Positions 1 to 8,458 of a stretch of 64,000 nt of DNA are shown here, one piece after another. A model generated the notes under the pieces. That model searched no databases, was not told the origin of the DNA, and worked only from the letters and a program-made list of their open reading frames with translations. Numbering within the stretch: the first letter of the stretch is position 1; the number at the start of each line of letters is the position of its first letter. This DNA comes from an uncultured Verrucomicrobiae bacterium (lineage in GTDB: Bacteria; Verrucomicrobiota; Verrucomicrobiia; Chthoniobacterales; JAFAMB01): the NCBI GenBank assembly GCA_963813025.1, contig CAWEXO010000009.1, positions 1-64,000 of the forward strand, read 5' to 3'. The position numbers and the translations under genes were made by a program.

Positions 1-998
1 CGGGCGCAGTAAATCCCATCATAGAGCGCCTCGCAGCCCTTCCAGATTGGTCAAAACATAACGCGGGTTGGCCCCTGGTGGGCGTTGTGCTCGGCTTTGA
101 CGATTACCCGCCGTTTGCGATCCCAGGTATTAGCCTTGTACTCAAATTGCTAAAGAGTCGCACCTTTTCTCCGTTGCTTTGGTGTTGGCTTCGGCCCGTG
201 CCTGTAACTTGGCCGAGAGTGCCGCCAAGCCGCTTGTTCTTGGCCAGGCCCACCAGGTAATCGACTCGGTCGCTCGCACCAGCGCAGCATCTTCCAGCGG
301 CACAGGCCGCTGTCGGCCCGCAACAGGATGCGCACGCCGGGCCATTGCTTGCGTAGCGCTTTGACCAACAACGCCAGCACCGCCCAGGCGTGCCGGGCCC
401 CGTCGATATTACTCGGGCGCAAGTAACTGACCAACAACTGCTCGCCGCAGAAGACGTAAAGCGGCAGGAAACAGTAATCGCCGTAGTAGCCGTGGAAGTG
501 GGCCCCCACTTGCGCGCCGTGCACCCGGTCATCGGTGGGGTCAAAATCCAGGATTACCTCCTCGGGCGGCTGCCTCGAAGCTGCCCACAAACTGTTCAAA
601 GAGCACTTGATGCATCAGCCAGGCTTCCTTGCGCCCGGCCCGGTTTTCCCACCGGCATAAGGTCGAACTACCGCCGAACGCTTCGTCGCGTTCGGCGGCC
701 GTCTGCCACAGCGGGTCGTGGCGCAACGCGTCGTGATCATTCAGGTCTTCGTACCCAAGCGCCAAGCCGTAAATGCGCTGCCGCAGCAACGTTTCCAGCG
801 AATGGGTGATGCGATCCGGATCGCGCCGGTCCGGTAAGAGCTGCCCCAAGCGTTTGGTCAGCCCGATCCGGCGATCCACTTGGCGCAATCAGCAACACCC
901 CGCCGTCACTGCTGACGTCCCCGCCGCTCAAAATTGGCCTCAATTTTTCTGCCGCCAAAGCCTGGAAATTCGATCGGAAGCTCATTACAATCTGTCAC
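1..998 (-). pseudogene. IS1380-family DDE transposase, several frameshifts, runs off the window
   Basis: GTG at 998 gives VTDCNELPIEFPGFGGRKIEANF. Successive frames give GGDVSSDGGVLL, RQRIYGLALGYEDLNDHDALRHDP, LDFDPTDDRVHGAQ..FHGYY..YCFLPL and RADSG, all typical IS1380 motifs. Confidence 0.9.
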
Positions 999-1067
999 GT
1001 AGCGAAGTCTCCTGTTTGGTTGTTCTAAGCATTCAACCTTAGCAGGTTATCGAAAAGACTTCGCTAC
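999..1067 (-). promoter_or_regulatory. Perfect 12-bp inverted repeat abutting the transposase start/RBS
   Basis: GTAGCGAAGTCT (999-1010) pairs with AGACTTCGCTAC (1056-1067) and overlaps the GGAG (1009-1012, minus). Confidence 0.65.
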
Positions 1068-1119
1068 TTTTTTGCCCTCATGGTGCAATTTCCGGATTAG
1101 GGCAGCCCGGGGTTTTATT

Positions 1120-1135
1120 TGTCAACAATGTTACA
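1120..1135 (+). promoter_or_regulatory. Putative enhancer-binding-protein site TGT-N10-ACA
   Basis: TGTcaacaatgttACA; spacing is conserved in copy 2; ~330 bp upstream of the sigma54 motif. Confidence 0.45.
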
Positions 1136-1449
1136 TTCACGTGGCATATTCTGGCATTATCCGTGCTCATCTGGAAGGAGTACGGCAGTCGCGATCGCTG
1201 AGATGAGGGTTGCGTACAAGATGCAGGATGCCCTTGCTCCCCAATATTCTCATGGACACCCAACAAATGCCAGAAATCACAAGCTCGTGAAAGTTTTGGC
1301 TATCTTTGTTGAAATATGACCAATCTGGGCGCCGGCTTTTAAACAGCGCGTCAAAACAAAGGCAGCTTGCCATAGACTCTTCGTTTAACGCCTGGCGGGC
1401 GCTGGTACGTAGAGCGGTCCCATTTTTTAATTACTAAAAAGATCTTATG

Positions 1450-1465
1450 TGGCACCGTTCGTGCT
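1450..1465 (+). promoter_or_regulatory. sigma54 (RpoN) -24/-12 promoter
   Basis: TGGCACcgttcGTGCT: GG-N10-GC with TGGCAC core, AT-rich tract upstream, conserved in copy 2. Confidence 0.75.
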
Positions 1466-1509
1466 TAGCAGTCCGCTGCTAACTAACTATTGAGGCGACA
1501 GATTACGCT

Positions 1510-1623
1510 ATGCAGAAAAGAACAGCCGCCCGGGTATTCCGACACTCTAACGTGAGCGCCGCAGCTGCTGAGTTCCGTGCGGGTGAGTTATTTCTAACCG
1601 ATCCTCCGGAGCGCATATTATGA
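1510..1623 (+). CDS. Putative 37-aa small ORF / leader peptide MQKRTAARVFRHSNVSAAAAEFRAGELFLTDPPERIL
   Basis: ATG ~45 nt after the sigma54 motif with GAGG upstream; homologous ORF at 13933-14031. Confidence 0.35.
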   Translation: MQKRTAARVFRHSNVSAAAAEFRAGELFLTDPPERIL

Positions 1624-1971
1624 ATCCAGTCACACATCTCCGGGGGACGGAATAACAAGCTTATCCACAAGTCTTCAAACTTGAGACGATAAAGCCTGAA
1701 ACATCCGCAAATCCGCTTCCAGTCAGGATCACAAGAGCTGTTGGGAATCAATCGAGGGACGAGAGTGGATTATGTTTAACACAATACGCCCCGCACATTC
1801 CGAAGCGTTACACAGGACACAACGCCGCACCTCATATTGACATTCGCCATCTCCGTCTACAGTCGCCGCGGGTTATGGAGCCGGGGCGACTCGTAATTCG
1901 GGTCAGATTTGTGCGAAGACTGGGAGAAATGAAAATATATACACGCTACAAAGCCGAGTTTAAGGGGTAAC

Positions 1972-3389
1972 ATGGATCACATTGCTAGCTTCATTAATGC
2001 GCCATCGCTTTCGTTTGTCATACCGATAAAGGATGAGCAGGCAACTGTCGCACCGCTTCTCGAAAGAATTGCGGATCACGCTTCGAGCCTAACTGCTTGC
2101 TGGGAAGTTGTTTTCGTCGATGACGGAAGCGTCGATGAAAGTTGGCGGACGATCCGAAAGCTTGCAGCGGAAGACGTAGAGCACGTCAAAGCCATCCGTT
2201 TCCGCCGCAACGTAGGCAAGGCAGCCGCCTTGGCGGCGGGCTGGAAAGAAGTGCGCGGGGACTTCATTTTCACGATGGATGGCGACCTTCAGGATGACCC
2301 CGAAGAGATCCCGCGATTTCTCGAAAAAATGAAGGAGGGCTTCGACGTGGTGACCGGCTGGAAACGGACGCGGCATGACCCTTGGCACAAGGTGCTCCCA
2401 AGTCGCGTCTTTAATTTCCTGATTAGCCACGTCAATAAGGTGCACCTCCACGATCATACTGCGGTTTTAAATGTTATCGACGAGAGGTCGTGCAATCGCT
2501 TCCAATGTACGGGGAGATGCACCGCATGGTGCCGTCGTTGGCAGCGATGCGCGGGTTTCTGACTGCGGAAATCCCTATCAAACACCATCCGCGGCGTTAC
2601 GGCCGGAGCAAGTATGGCTTCAACCGGTTCTTGAGGGGATACCTTGACATGTGGACAGTGCATTTTCTTAGTAATTTCCGGCAGCGACCGATGCACCTGA
2701 TGGGCGGGGTTTCACTTCTGATGCTGGGCAGCGGGTGCGTTCTCGCACTTTTTCTGGCGAGGGTTCCGCTGCCACTCAGCGTGGACTTGCTGTTGAGCTC
2801 GACGCTTCCGGCGCTTCTCCTCGGTTCGGTTTTGACGATGATGATCGGACTACTGGCCGAATGGAATGTTCACCAATCCATTGAACACGGCCAAAAAGGG
2901 ACCGTCGCGGAGACCATTGGATTGGGGAACTTGGCGAGCGCCCTATCACTTTCGATGGAACAAAGCATGGCCGACAACGACTCATCGCAGAAGCTTCCGA
3001 CAGCGTTGATCGTGGATCATGATTCGAATACCCGCGAACTTACCGCTGCGCACCTGCGGCAGGCGGGTTGGCGGGTTCTCACCGCAAGTTCCTATGCGGA
3101 AAGCCATTGGAAGCTGAACACGTCATTGGACGTCCTGATTTAGAATGTCGACCTCCAGGATGATAGCGACCTAGATCTCACCGGATTTGTCGGCCTCGTC
3201 CGCAAGGCCTCGCCGTCTTCGGAGATCATCTTTTTGCCGAGCGAAAAGCACGAGAAAGCTAACGTCGAGACGATGCGCCTTGGCGCGTTCGATTACGTCT
3301 GCAAGCCGGTCGAACCTACCCAACTTGTTAGCGTGGCACTGCGGGCGTTGAACCAAGGCCGACAGTCGGCGTTGGCGTCCAGCGCTTAA
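1972..3389 (+). CDS. Polyprenyl-phosphate glycosyltransferase (GT2, ArnC/GtrB/DPM-like) with 2 TM helices and a C-terminal receiver-like domain; frameshift at ~2459 and in-frame TAG at 3141-3143
   Basis: VDDGSVD, FRRNVGKAAAL, MDGDLQDDP, HDH(N)CGFKCYR across the shift, GRSKYG; then ALIVDHD..GWRV..LDVLI*NVDL..GAFDYVCKPV..TAA 3389. Confidence 0.85.
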
Positions 3390-3412
3390 ATGCATTCACG
3401 GCGCATATTAGT

Positions 3413-4678
3413 ATGGAAACAATTCTGAAAAGCGGTCAATGCCCTCTGCGCGTCGTCATTCTCGGTTCAACCTACCCGCGGTCCGAGGATGATCACGAAG
3501 TGCCCTGGCTTCGAGAATCGGTCAACCGCATCGCCGCTCGCGGGCATTGCGTCACGGTGATTGCTCCGTCGTATGCGGGCTTAAAAAATCATTTCATTGA
3601 CGGAGTTGAGATCCGGCGATTCCGCTATGCGCCCGCTCGGTTGGAAAAGCTGACCCACGGTGAAGGCGCACCCAACAAGCTGAAAAAGAACCCTTTCCTC
3701 AAGCTTCTTGCGCTGACTTACCTAGTGTCCGGCGCCTACGCAACCTGGAAGATCTGCCGGAACGAACGGATCGACGTTTTACACGTTCACTGGCCGTTTC
3801 CGCACGGGTTAATGGCGTATTGGCCGGCTTGGCTCGCCGGGGTGAAAGTGGTCTCTTCGTGTCATAGTGCAGAGATCGCGCTTGCCGTGCGAAGTAAACT
3901 TTCGACGTGGCTGCTGGCGAACTGCTTGCACCGCTCCGACGCCGTCACCGCGAACAGCGGCCACACCGCGAAATTAGTTCAGGGCATCTCGGGGGTCAAT
4001 GCGGAGGTTATCCCGTATGGGGCGACCGTGCGCATCGATGAGCAGCCGGCCCGCGAAGGCGAAGGCAAGCTAGCCCTCCTTTTGTTTTCGGGGCGTCTGA
4101 TTCAACGCAAAGGCGTGGACTTTCTGATCAGGGCCATGCCGCGGATTTTGGCGCGGCGAAAAGTTCGGCTGGTGATCACCGGCGACGGTCACTATCGCAG
4201 TCAGTGGGAAACGTTAAGTCACGAGTTAGGGGTCAGCCACGCGGTGGAGTTCGTGGGTTTCGTCAGCAACGAAAGCTTAAGCCGGCTCTTTCGCGCGTGC
4301 ACGGTGTACGTCCATCCTGCGATCCATGATGACCGTGGAGACACCGAGGGGCTTGGCGTTGTCTTGATTGAAGCCCTTCGCAATCGTAAACCGGTTGTCG
4401 CTTCGCAAGTCGGGGGGATTGTGGACGTTATTAAGAACGGCGAAACGGGTTTGCTAGTTTCCGAAAAGGATCCGGATGCGCTAGCGGAAGCCGTCCTGCG
4501 CCTCTTGGAGGATCCGGCCTTGGCCCGCCGCCTGGGTGAGCAGGGGTACGTTTACGCCACTGAGTTCTTTGACTGGGACCGGATCACCGATCGGCTGGAA
4601 GCGGTTTACCGGCGCGTCTGTTCTTCGACTCGGCCGTCGCTGATGGCGGAGGACGCAACCCCGGCGGCGGCGCAATGA
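3413..4678 (+). CDS. Glycosyltransferase family 4 (GT-B)
   Basis: LHVHWPFPHG, GRLIQRKG, TEGLGVVLIEA, VGGIVDVI..GETG. Confidence 0.95.
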   Translation: METILKSGQCPLRVVILGSTYPRSEDDHEVPWLRESVNRIAARGHCVTVIAPSYAGLKNHFIDGVEIRRFRYAPARLEKLTHGEGAPNKLKKNPFLKLLALTYLVSGAYATWKICRNERIDVLHVHWPFPHGLMAYWPAWLAGVKVVSSCHSAEIALAVRSKLSTWLLANCLHRSDAVTANSGHTAKLVQGISGVNAEVIPYGATVRIDEQPAREGEGKLALLLFSGRLIQRKGVDFLIRAMPRILARRKVRLVITGDGHYRSQWETLSHELGVSHAVEFVGFVSNESLSRLFRACTVYVHPAIHDDRGDTEGLGVVLIEALRNRKPVVASQVGGIVDVIKNGETGLLVSEKDPDALAEAVLRLLEDPALARRLGEQGYVYATEFFDWDRITDRLEAVYRRVCSSTRPSLMAEDATPAAAQ

Positions 4679-5703
4679 GCACGGCCCAACTTAAGGCATT
4701 CAGTTCGCGAATCTTGCCGGCCTTGCGCGCGCTGGCGCCCTGGGTGGCTGTGGGGTGCGTGGCGTTAGCGTTGCTGCCGCGAGCGGGCGAACTGAGAAGC
4801 TGCGTCGGCCGACTCGGGATCGGGTGGTTAACGCTCTCTTTCCTGCTCTGCACCGTTTACCGGTTTTTGAACGCCGGAATCTGGGCATGGATCCTGAAGG
4901 CGCTCGGCCATCGCATTCCTTACCTCAAAGCGATGCGCGCATGGCTGACATCGGAATCGTTGCGTTGGCTTCCAGGAAGTGTGTGGGGGTTTTGCTCTCG
5001 GGTCGATGCCGCACGAACGCTGGGGGTACCGGGCGTGATTGCGTCCTTAAGCCTGCCGATCGAATTGACTGTCACAATCGTCTCATGGGGAATCGTTGCG
5101 GTAGCAGGCGTTCTGGCCTCAGGACTAGGGGCACGCCTCTGGGCCACTTATGGGGACTGGTTTGGGCCGCTAGGTGTGGCTGCTATGGCGGCTCCGGTTG
5201 TGTTAACCCTGGGGTGGCCGTTGCTGGTTCGACAGTGCTGGTTGCGCACGGCGTCGGAACGCTTGCTTAAGGTGCTTAAGCTAAAGTTGGATACAGGTTT
5301 GCTCATCCGCTCAGGCCTGTTATACACGGCTTTGAACGGGCTTAACGGCCTGGGTTTGTGGCTGATCCTCGCAGGGATGGGTTACCAGCGCACGGTCAGC
5401 CCGACCCTCGCCGTCGGTGTCAACGCCGCCGGATGGTTAATTGGCTTCTTTGCCATCGGGGTTCCCGGCGGAATCGGCGTGCGCGAGGCTGGCGCCTCCC
5501 TGCTGCTCACTCCCGATCTGCCTTGGTCTGAGGCGGCGCTCGCAGCAATTATTTGGCGCGCGGTGCAGATCGGCGCCGAACTGATAACGCTTTTGCCGTG
5601 GCTCTTTTTTGGCTACGGCGGGATTAGGGCCACCAAGGCCGATTCACCGACTACAGACTTGTCATCGAAGGAAACTTTGGCCGCAAAAATCAGTTTACTA
5701 TGA
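4675..5703 (+). CDS. Lysylphosphatidylglycerol-synthase TM-domain / flippase-like membrane protein
   Basis: Polytopic; SLRWLPGSVW and PGGIGVRE motifs; ATGA overlap with the GT4 gene. Confidence 0.8.
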   Translation: MSTAQLKAFSSRILPALRALAPWVAVGCVALALLPRAGELRSCVGRLGIGWLTLSFLLCTVYRFLNAGIWAWILKALGHRIPYLKAMRAWLTSESLRWLPGSVWGFCSRVDAARTLGVPGVIASLSLPIELTVTIVSWGIVAVAGVLASGLGARLWATYGDWFGPLGVAAMAAPVVLTLGWPLLVRQCWLRTASERLLKVLKLKLDTGLLIRSGLLYTALNGLNGLGLWLILAGMGYQRTVSPTLAVGVNAAGWLIGFFAIGVPGGIGVREAGASLLLTPDLPWSEAALAAIIWRAVQIGAELITLLPWLFFGYGGIRATKADSPTTDLSSKETLAAKISLL

Positions 5704-7086
5704 AGAAAGTTGGGTGCTGGCAAAATCGAATATTGGTGCTCCTGGTCGTCGCCACTGGGCTGCTTCTTGCGGCGGGAGGCTTTGTGCTTTGGCCGGCGTA
5801 CATCAGCCCGGAAAGCCGGATCTACACTACCGCCCTTGGCTACTTAAAAGTTCAGCGTCTGCTGGGAATTAAGTTGCAAGCCGTAGCGGAACATCCGGTC
5901 TGGCATGATTTTGAAACGCCGTTGCTTGGGGAAGGCACGATTCAATGCAACTTCTACAACGTGCCGGTAGTGCCGACGGCACGAGTCGTGGCCCTGCACG
6001 TCGAAGAGGGGGATGAGGTGAAAGCCGGGCAACTGCTCGCCGAACTGGATGACACCGCCGCGACCCTGAGCTTGCACTGTGCCCGGTTGGCGGTCAACAC
6101 AGCTATCGCTGAGCAACGCCGCGTGGAAGTCGGTTCTGTCAACGCGTTGCAGGCCGAACGTCCGGAGAAAGATCGCATCAGCGTGGAGGGTCTCCAGGAC
6201 GTCGTGAAGAGTGCCCAAGCAAAGGTCGAGATGTACCGCAAGCTCCAAGATAGCGGCGGCGCTTCCCGCTTGGAACTTGTTAACGCCGAAATGGAGTTGG
6301 CCGCCGCTCAGACCAACTATAACGAAGCGCGAATCAATGCAGGCATGTCGACGGTGGGGCTTCCCCATAGTAAAGAAATTGCGGAGAACGCCGTCGACAA
6401 TGCCAAGAACCTTCTGGAGCAACGGCAGGACGCGATGAAATACTATCGAGTTACCGCGCCCGCCAGCGGCATCATCGACCACGTCTTAATCCGGGACGGT
6501 GAATACAATCAGAGCATCGGCAATCCTGGATTTATCATCGCGTCTGGGCTGTGGTTTGAAGCGAATCTCGACCAGCACGCGGCCGCAGAGGTTCGTGAAG
6601 GCATGGAAGCGACCGTAAACTTAGAAGCCTACGCCGGACGCGCCTTCCGCGCCACCGTAGAACGCGTCGTTCCGATCGTGACGTTTAACGCAGGCGGCCC
6701 GGAAACCACCCGCCCCGTTCGTCCGGTGGGAACCGGATCCCCGGAATGGCCCGCCACCTTCAAAGTAAGGCTGCACCTCGAGGCCGAGGGCGTGAAAATT
6801 GCCCCGGGGATGACGGGCTTTGCCCGGGTGATTTGTCACCGAGAGAGCATTGGCGGTGCCCCGAGAGGCCGTGACAACATTGAGCGCCGGCAAAGGGATC
6901 GTGCGTACGGTGGACGCGTCCGGTCGCCACACGGGCGTACCGGTGTCTCTGGGCGCGGTTGATGAACGTTTCGTGGAGATTACCCAAGGCTTAGACCCGG
7001 AGGCCTGGGTATTGACCAAAAATCCGCGCTTTTTGCGAGACGGCGACAAACTCGACATTACCCGCCAGCTAGCATTTGAACATTAA
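5700..7086 (+). CDS. HlyD/MFP-family periplasmic adaptor, frameshift at ~6845
   Basis: N-terminal TM, VEEGDEVKAGQLLAELD, coiled coil, VTAPASGII, APGMTG; the C-terminus continues in the 6850-7086 frame (AVPREAV..VSLGAVDERFVEITQGL). Confidence 0.9.
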
Positions 7087-8458
7087 TTCGGGACCGGCAC
7101 GCTGCGCCATCCTGCCTTTTCTGTTGCTAAGAGCGTTGCGTTACGGTGGGGCGGGACTGCTCCTGCTCAGCCTGTTGCTGCCCTGGTACGGCGTGCCGGT
7201 CAGTGTACGCAGGGACCTGCAGGGGGGGTATGCGGCGGTCGTCGCGGAACCCGTGACGACCGTCGTTTTCAAAGTGTTCCAGCTTCTGGTTCTCGCGGGC
7301 GGCTGGTGGCTCGGGAACCGCCATCGGCGCTCCGATACTTTCCGTTGGGCAAAATTGATAGCTTTCTGCAGCTATTTCTCCTTCTTTGTGATCGTCATTG
7401 CTTATCCGGCCCTGACGATTCAACGCTGCGCGGCGCTTTCGGCACACGCGGCATGGCTGCAAAGCCAGCACGACAGCATGGATGGCGATATTCGCACCGC
7501 TCAGCAATATTCCCATCAGCCAAGCCAATGGGAAGTGGATGTCAAAGACAACCTTCCACGCGCTTTTGGCGCCGTCCCCACCCCGGAAAGCTCTTTCTCA
7601 GGACTACGCCTGGCTAACTTTGCAAATTTGGTGATATGGCTGGGTTTTTCGCCGCCCTTTATGCAATTTGCTCGCCTGGGGTGGTTTTGTGGCGTCTTTG
7701 GCTCTTTTCTGTTGGCCCTGTCTTTTTCGCGAATGGCAGGCGTCACGGGCGTGCGTCGCTCAGACCTGAGGTGGACGCATAGCCTAGCAATCTTAGTTGT
7801 TTTTGGCGCGCCGTTACTGTGTTCGCTCTGTCTAGTTCCGGTCCTGATGGCTGGGCGTGAACTGGCGAACGCTCGAACCGCCGTCCTGGAGGGAAGGTAC
7901 CGCGAGTCGTTGCGCCATCTGGACCGGGCGGAAGTTTGGATACCCGTGCTCGCCTACCATACGGATGTAATTTACCAGCGAGGGTGGCTGGATCGGAAGT
8001 TAGGAGTCAACTCTTGGCCGGCGCGTCTAGTTTCGGCGATCCGCGAAGAAACGGAAGGTTTTCATGAACGGGCCGCCCAGCACTACGCTGACCTGCTCGC
8101 TGCGAATGTACCGAGACCGGTCCGGGACGAAGCTTTTCGCGGCGCTCTGCGGCTGGCGATAGGCGACTTCAATACCGGTCTCGTCGATCGTGCCGCTTTC
8201 CGCTTCACGGAACTGTTAACGGTCGATCCCACCAGCCTCAAAGCAAATTACGCACTGCAGTTGGGTGACTTTCGAAGTTCTAGAAAAGACCGCTTGGAGG
8301 ATGACATTGCCCAGTTTACCGCGATTTACCGCTACTTCCAAAGCCGGGAAAAGGGGGTAGTGATCGCCGCCGCTCATCGCCGCCTGGCGGAACTGGACTT
8401 TGACTTCCGAGACCTGACCGACCTCGGCGACGAGATGCGCGCCGCCGTTCAACCATGA
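7076..8458 (+). CDS. Membrane protein (~5 TM) with a C-terminal helical TPR-like region; function unknown
   Basis: Long ORF coupled to both neighbours; hydrophobic segments followed by TPR-like helices (GRYRESLRHLDRA, AAQHYADLL, LLTVDPTSLKANY). Confidence 0.75.
   Translation: MNINSGPARCAILPFLLLRALRYGGAGLLLLSLLLPWYGVPVSVRRDLQGGYAAVVAEPVTTVVFKVFQLLVLAGGWWLGNRHRRSDTFRWAKLIAFCSYFSFFVIVIAYPALTIQRCAALSAHAAWLQSQHDSMDGDIRTAQQYSHQPSQWEVDVKDNLPRAFGAVPTPESSFSGLRLANFANLVIWLGFSPPFMQFARLGWFCGVFGSFLLALSFSRMAGVTGVRRSDLRWTHSLAILVVFGAPLLCSLCLVPVLMAGRELANARTAVLEGRYRESLRHLDRAEVWIPVLAYHTDVIYQRGWLDRKLGVNSWPARLVSAIREETEGFHERAAQHYADLLAANVPRPVRDEAFRGALRLAIGDFNTGLVDRAAFRFTELLTVDPTSLKANYALQLGDFRSSRKDRLEDDIAQFTAIYRYFQSREKGVVIAAAHRRLAELDFDFRDLTDLGDEMRAAVQP

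Larger units (their letters stand above)
1..1096 (-). mobile_element. IS1380-family insertion sequence, partial (distal end outside the window)
   Basis: Transposase fragments on the minus strand. The probable terminus reads (T)CCGGAAATTGCACCA on minus at ~1081-1096, flanked by TTAG (1097-1100). The second end is not visible, so the boundary is approximate. Confidence 0.85.
1117..1680 (+). repeat. Copy 1 of a ~550-bp diverged direct repeat (regulatory module)
   Basis: Colinear with 13573-14104 throughout; e.g. GAGATGAGGGTTGCGTACAAGATGC and AGAACAGCCGCCCGGGTATTCCGACACTCTAACGTGAGCGCC are identical. Copy 1 has a ~29-bp insertion near 1374-1402. Confidence 0.95.

Noticed and set aside
1119..1373. 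ORFs in the 5' half of the duplicated module (and minus-strand 1503-1751)
   Set aside because: Frames are not preserved between copies and the substitutions are non-synonymous.
1929..1970. 13-codon ORF MKIYTRYKAEFKG before GT2
   Set aside because: Too short to support; may be chance or a frameshifted N-terminal extension.
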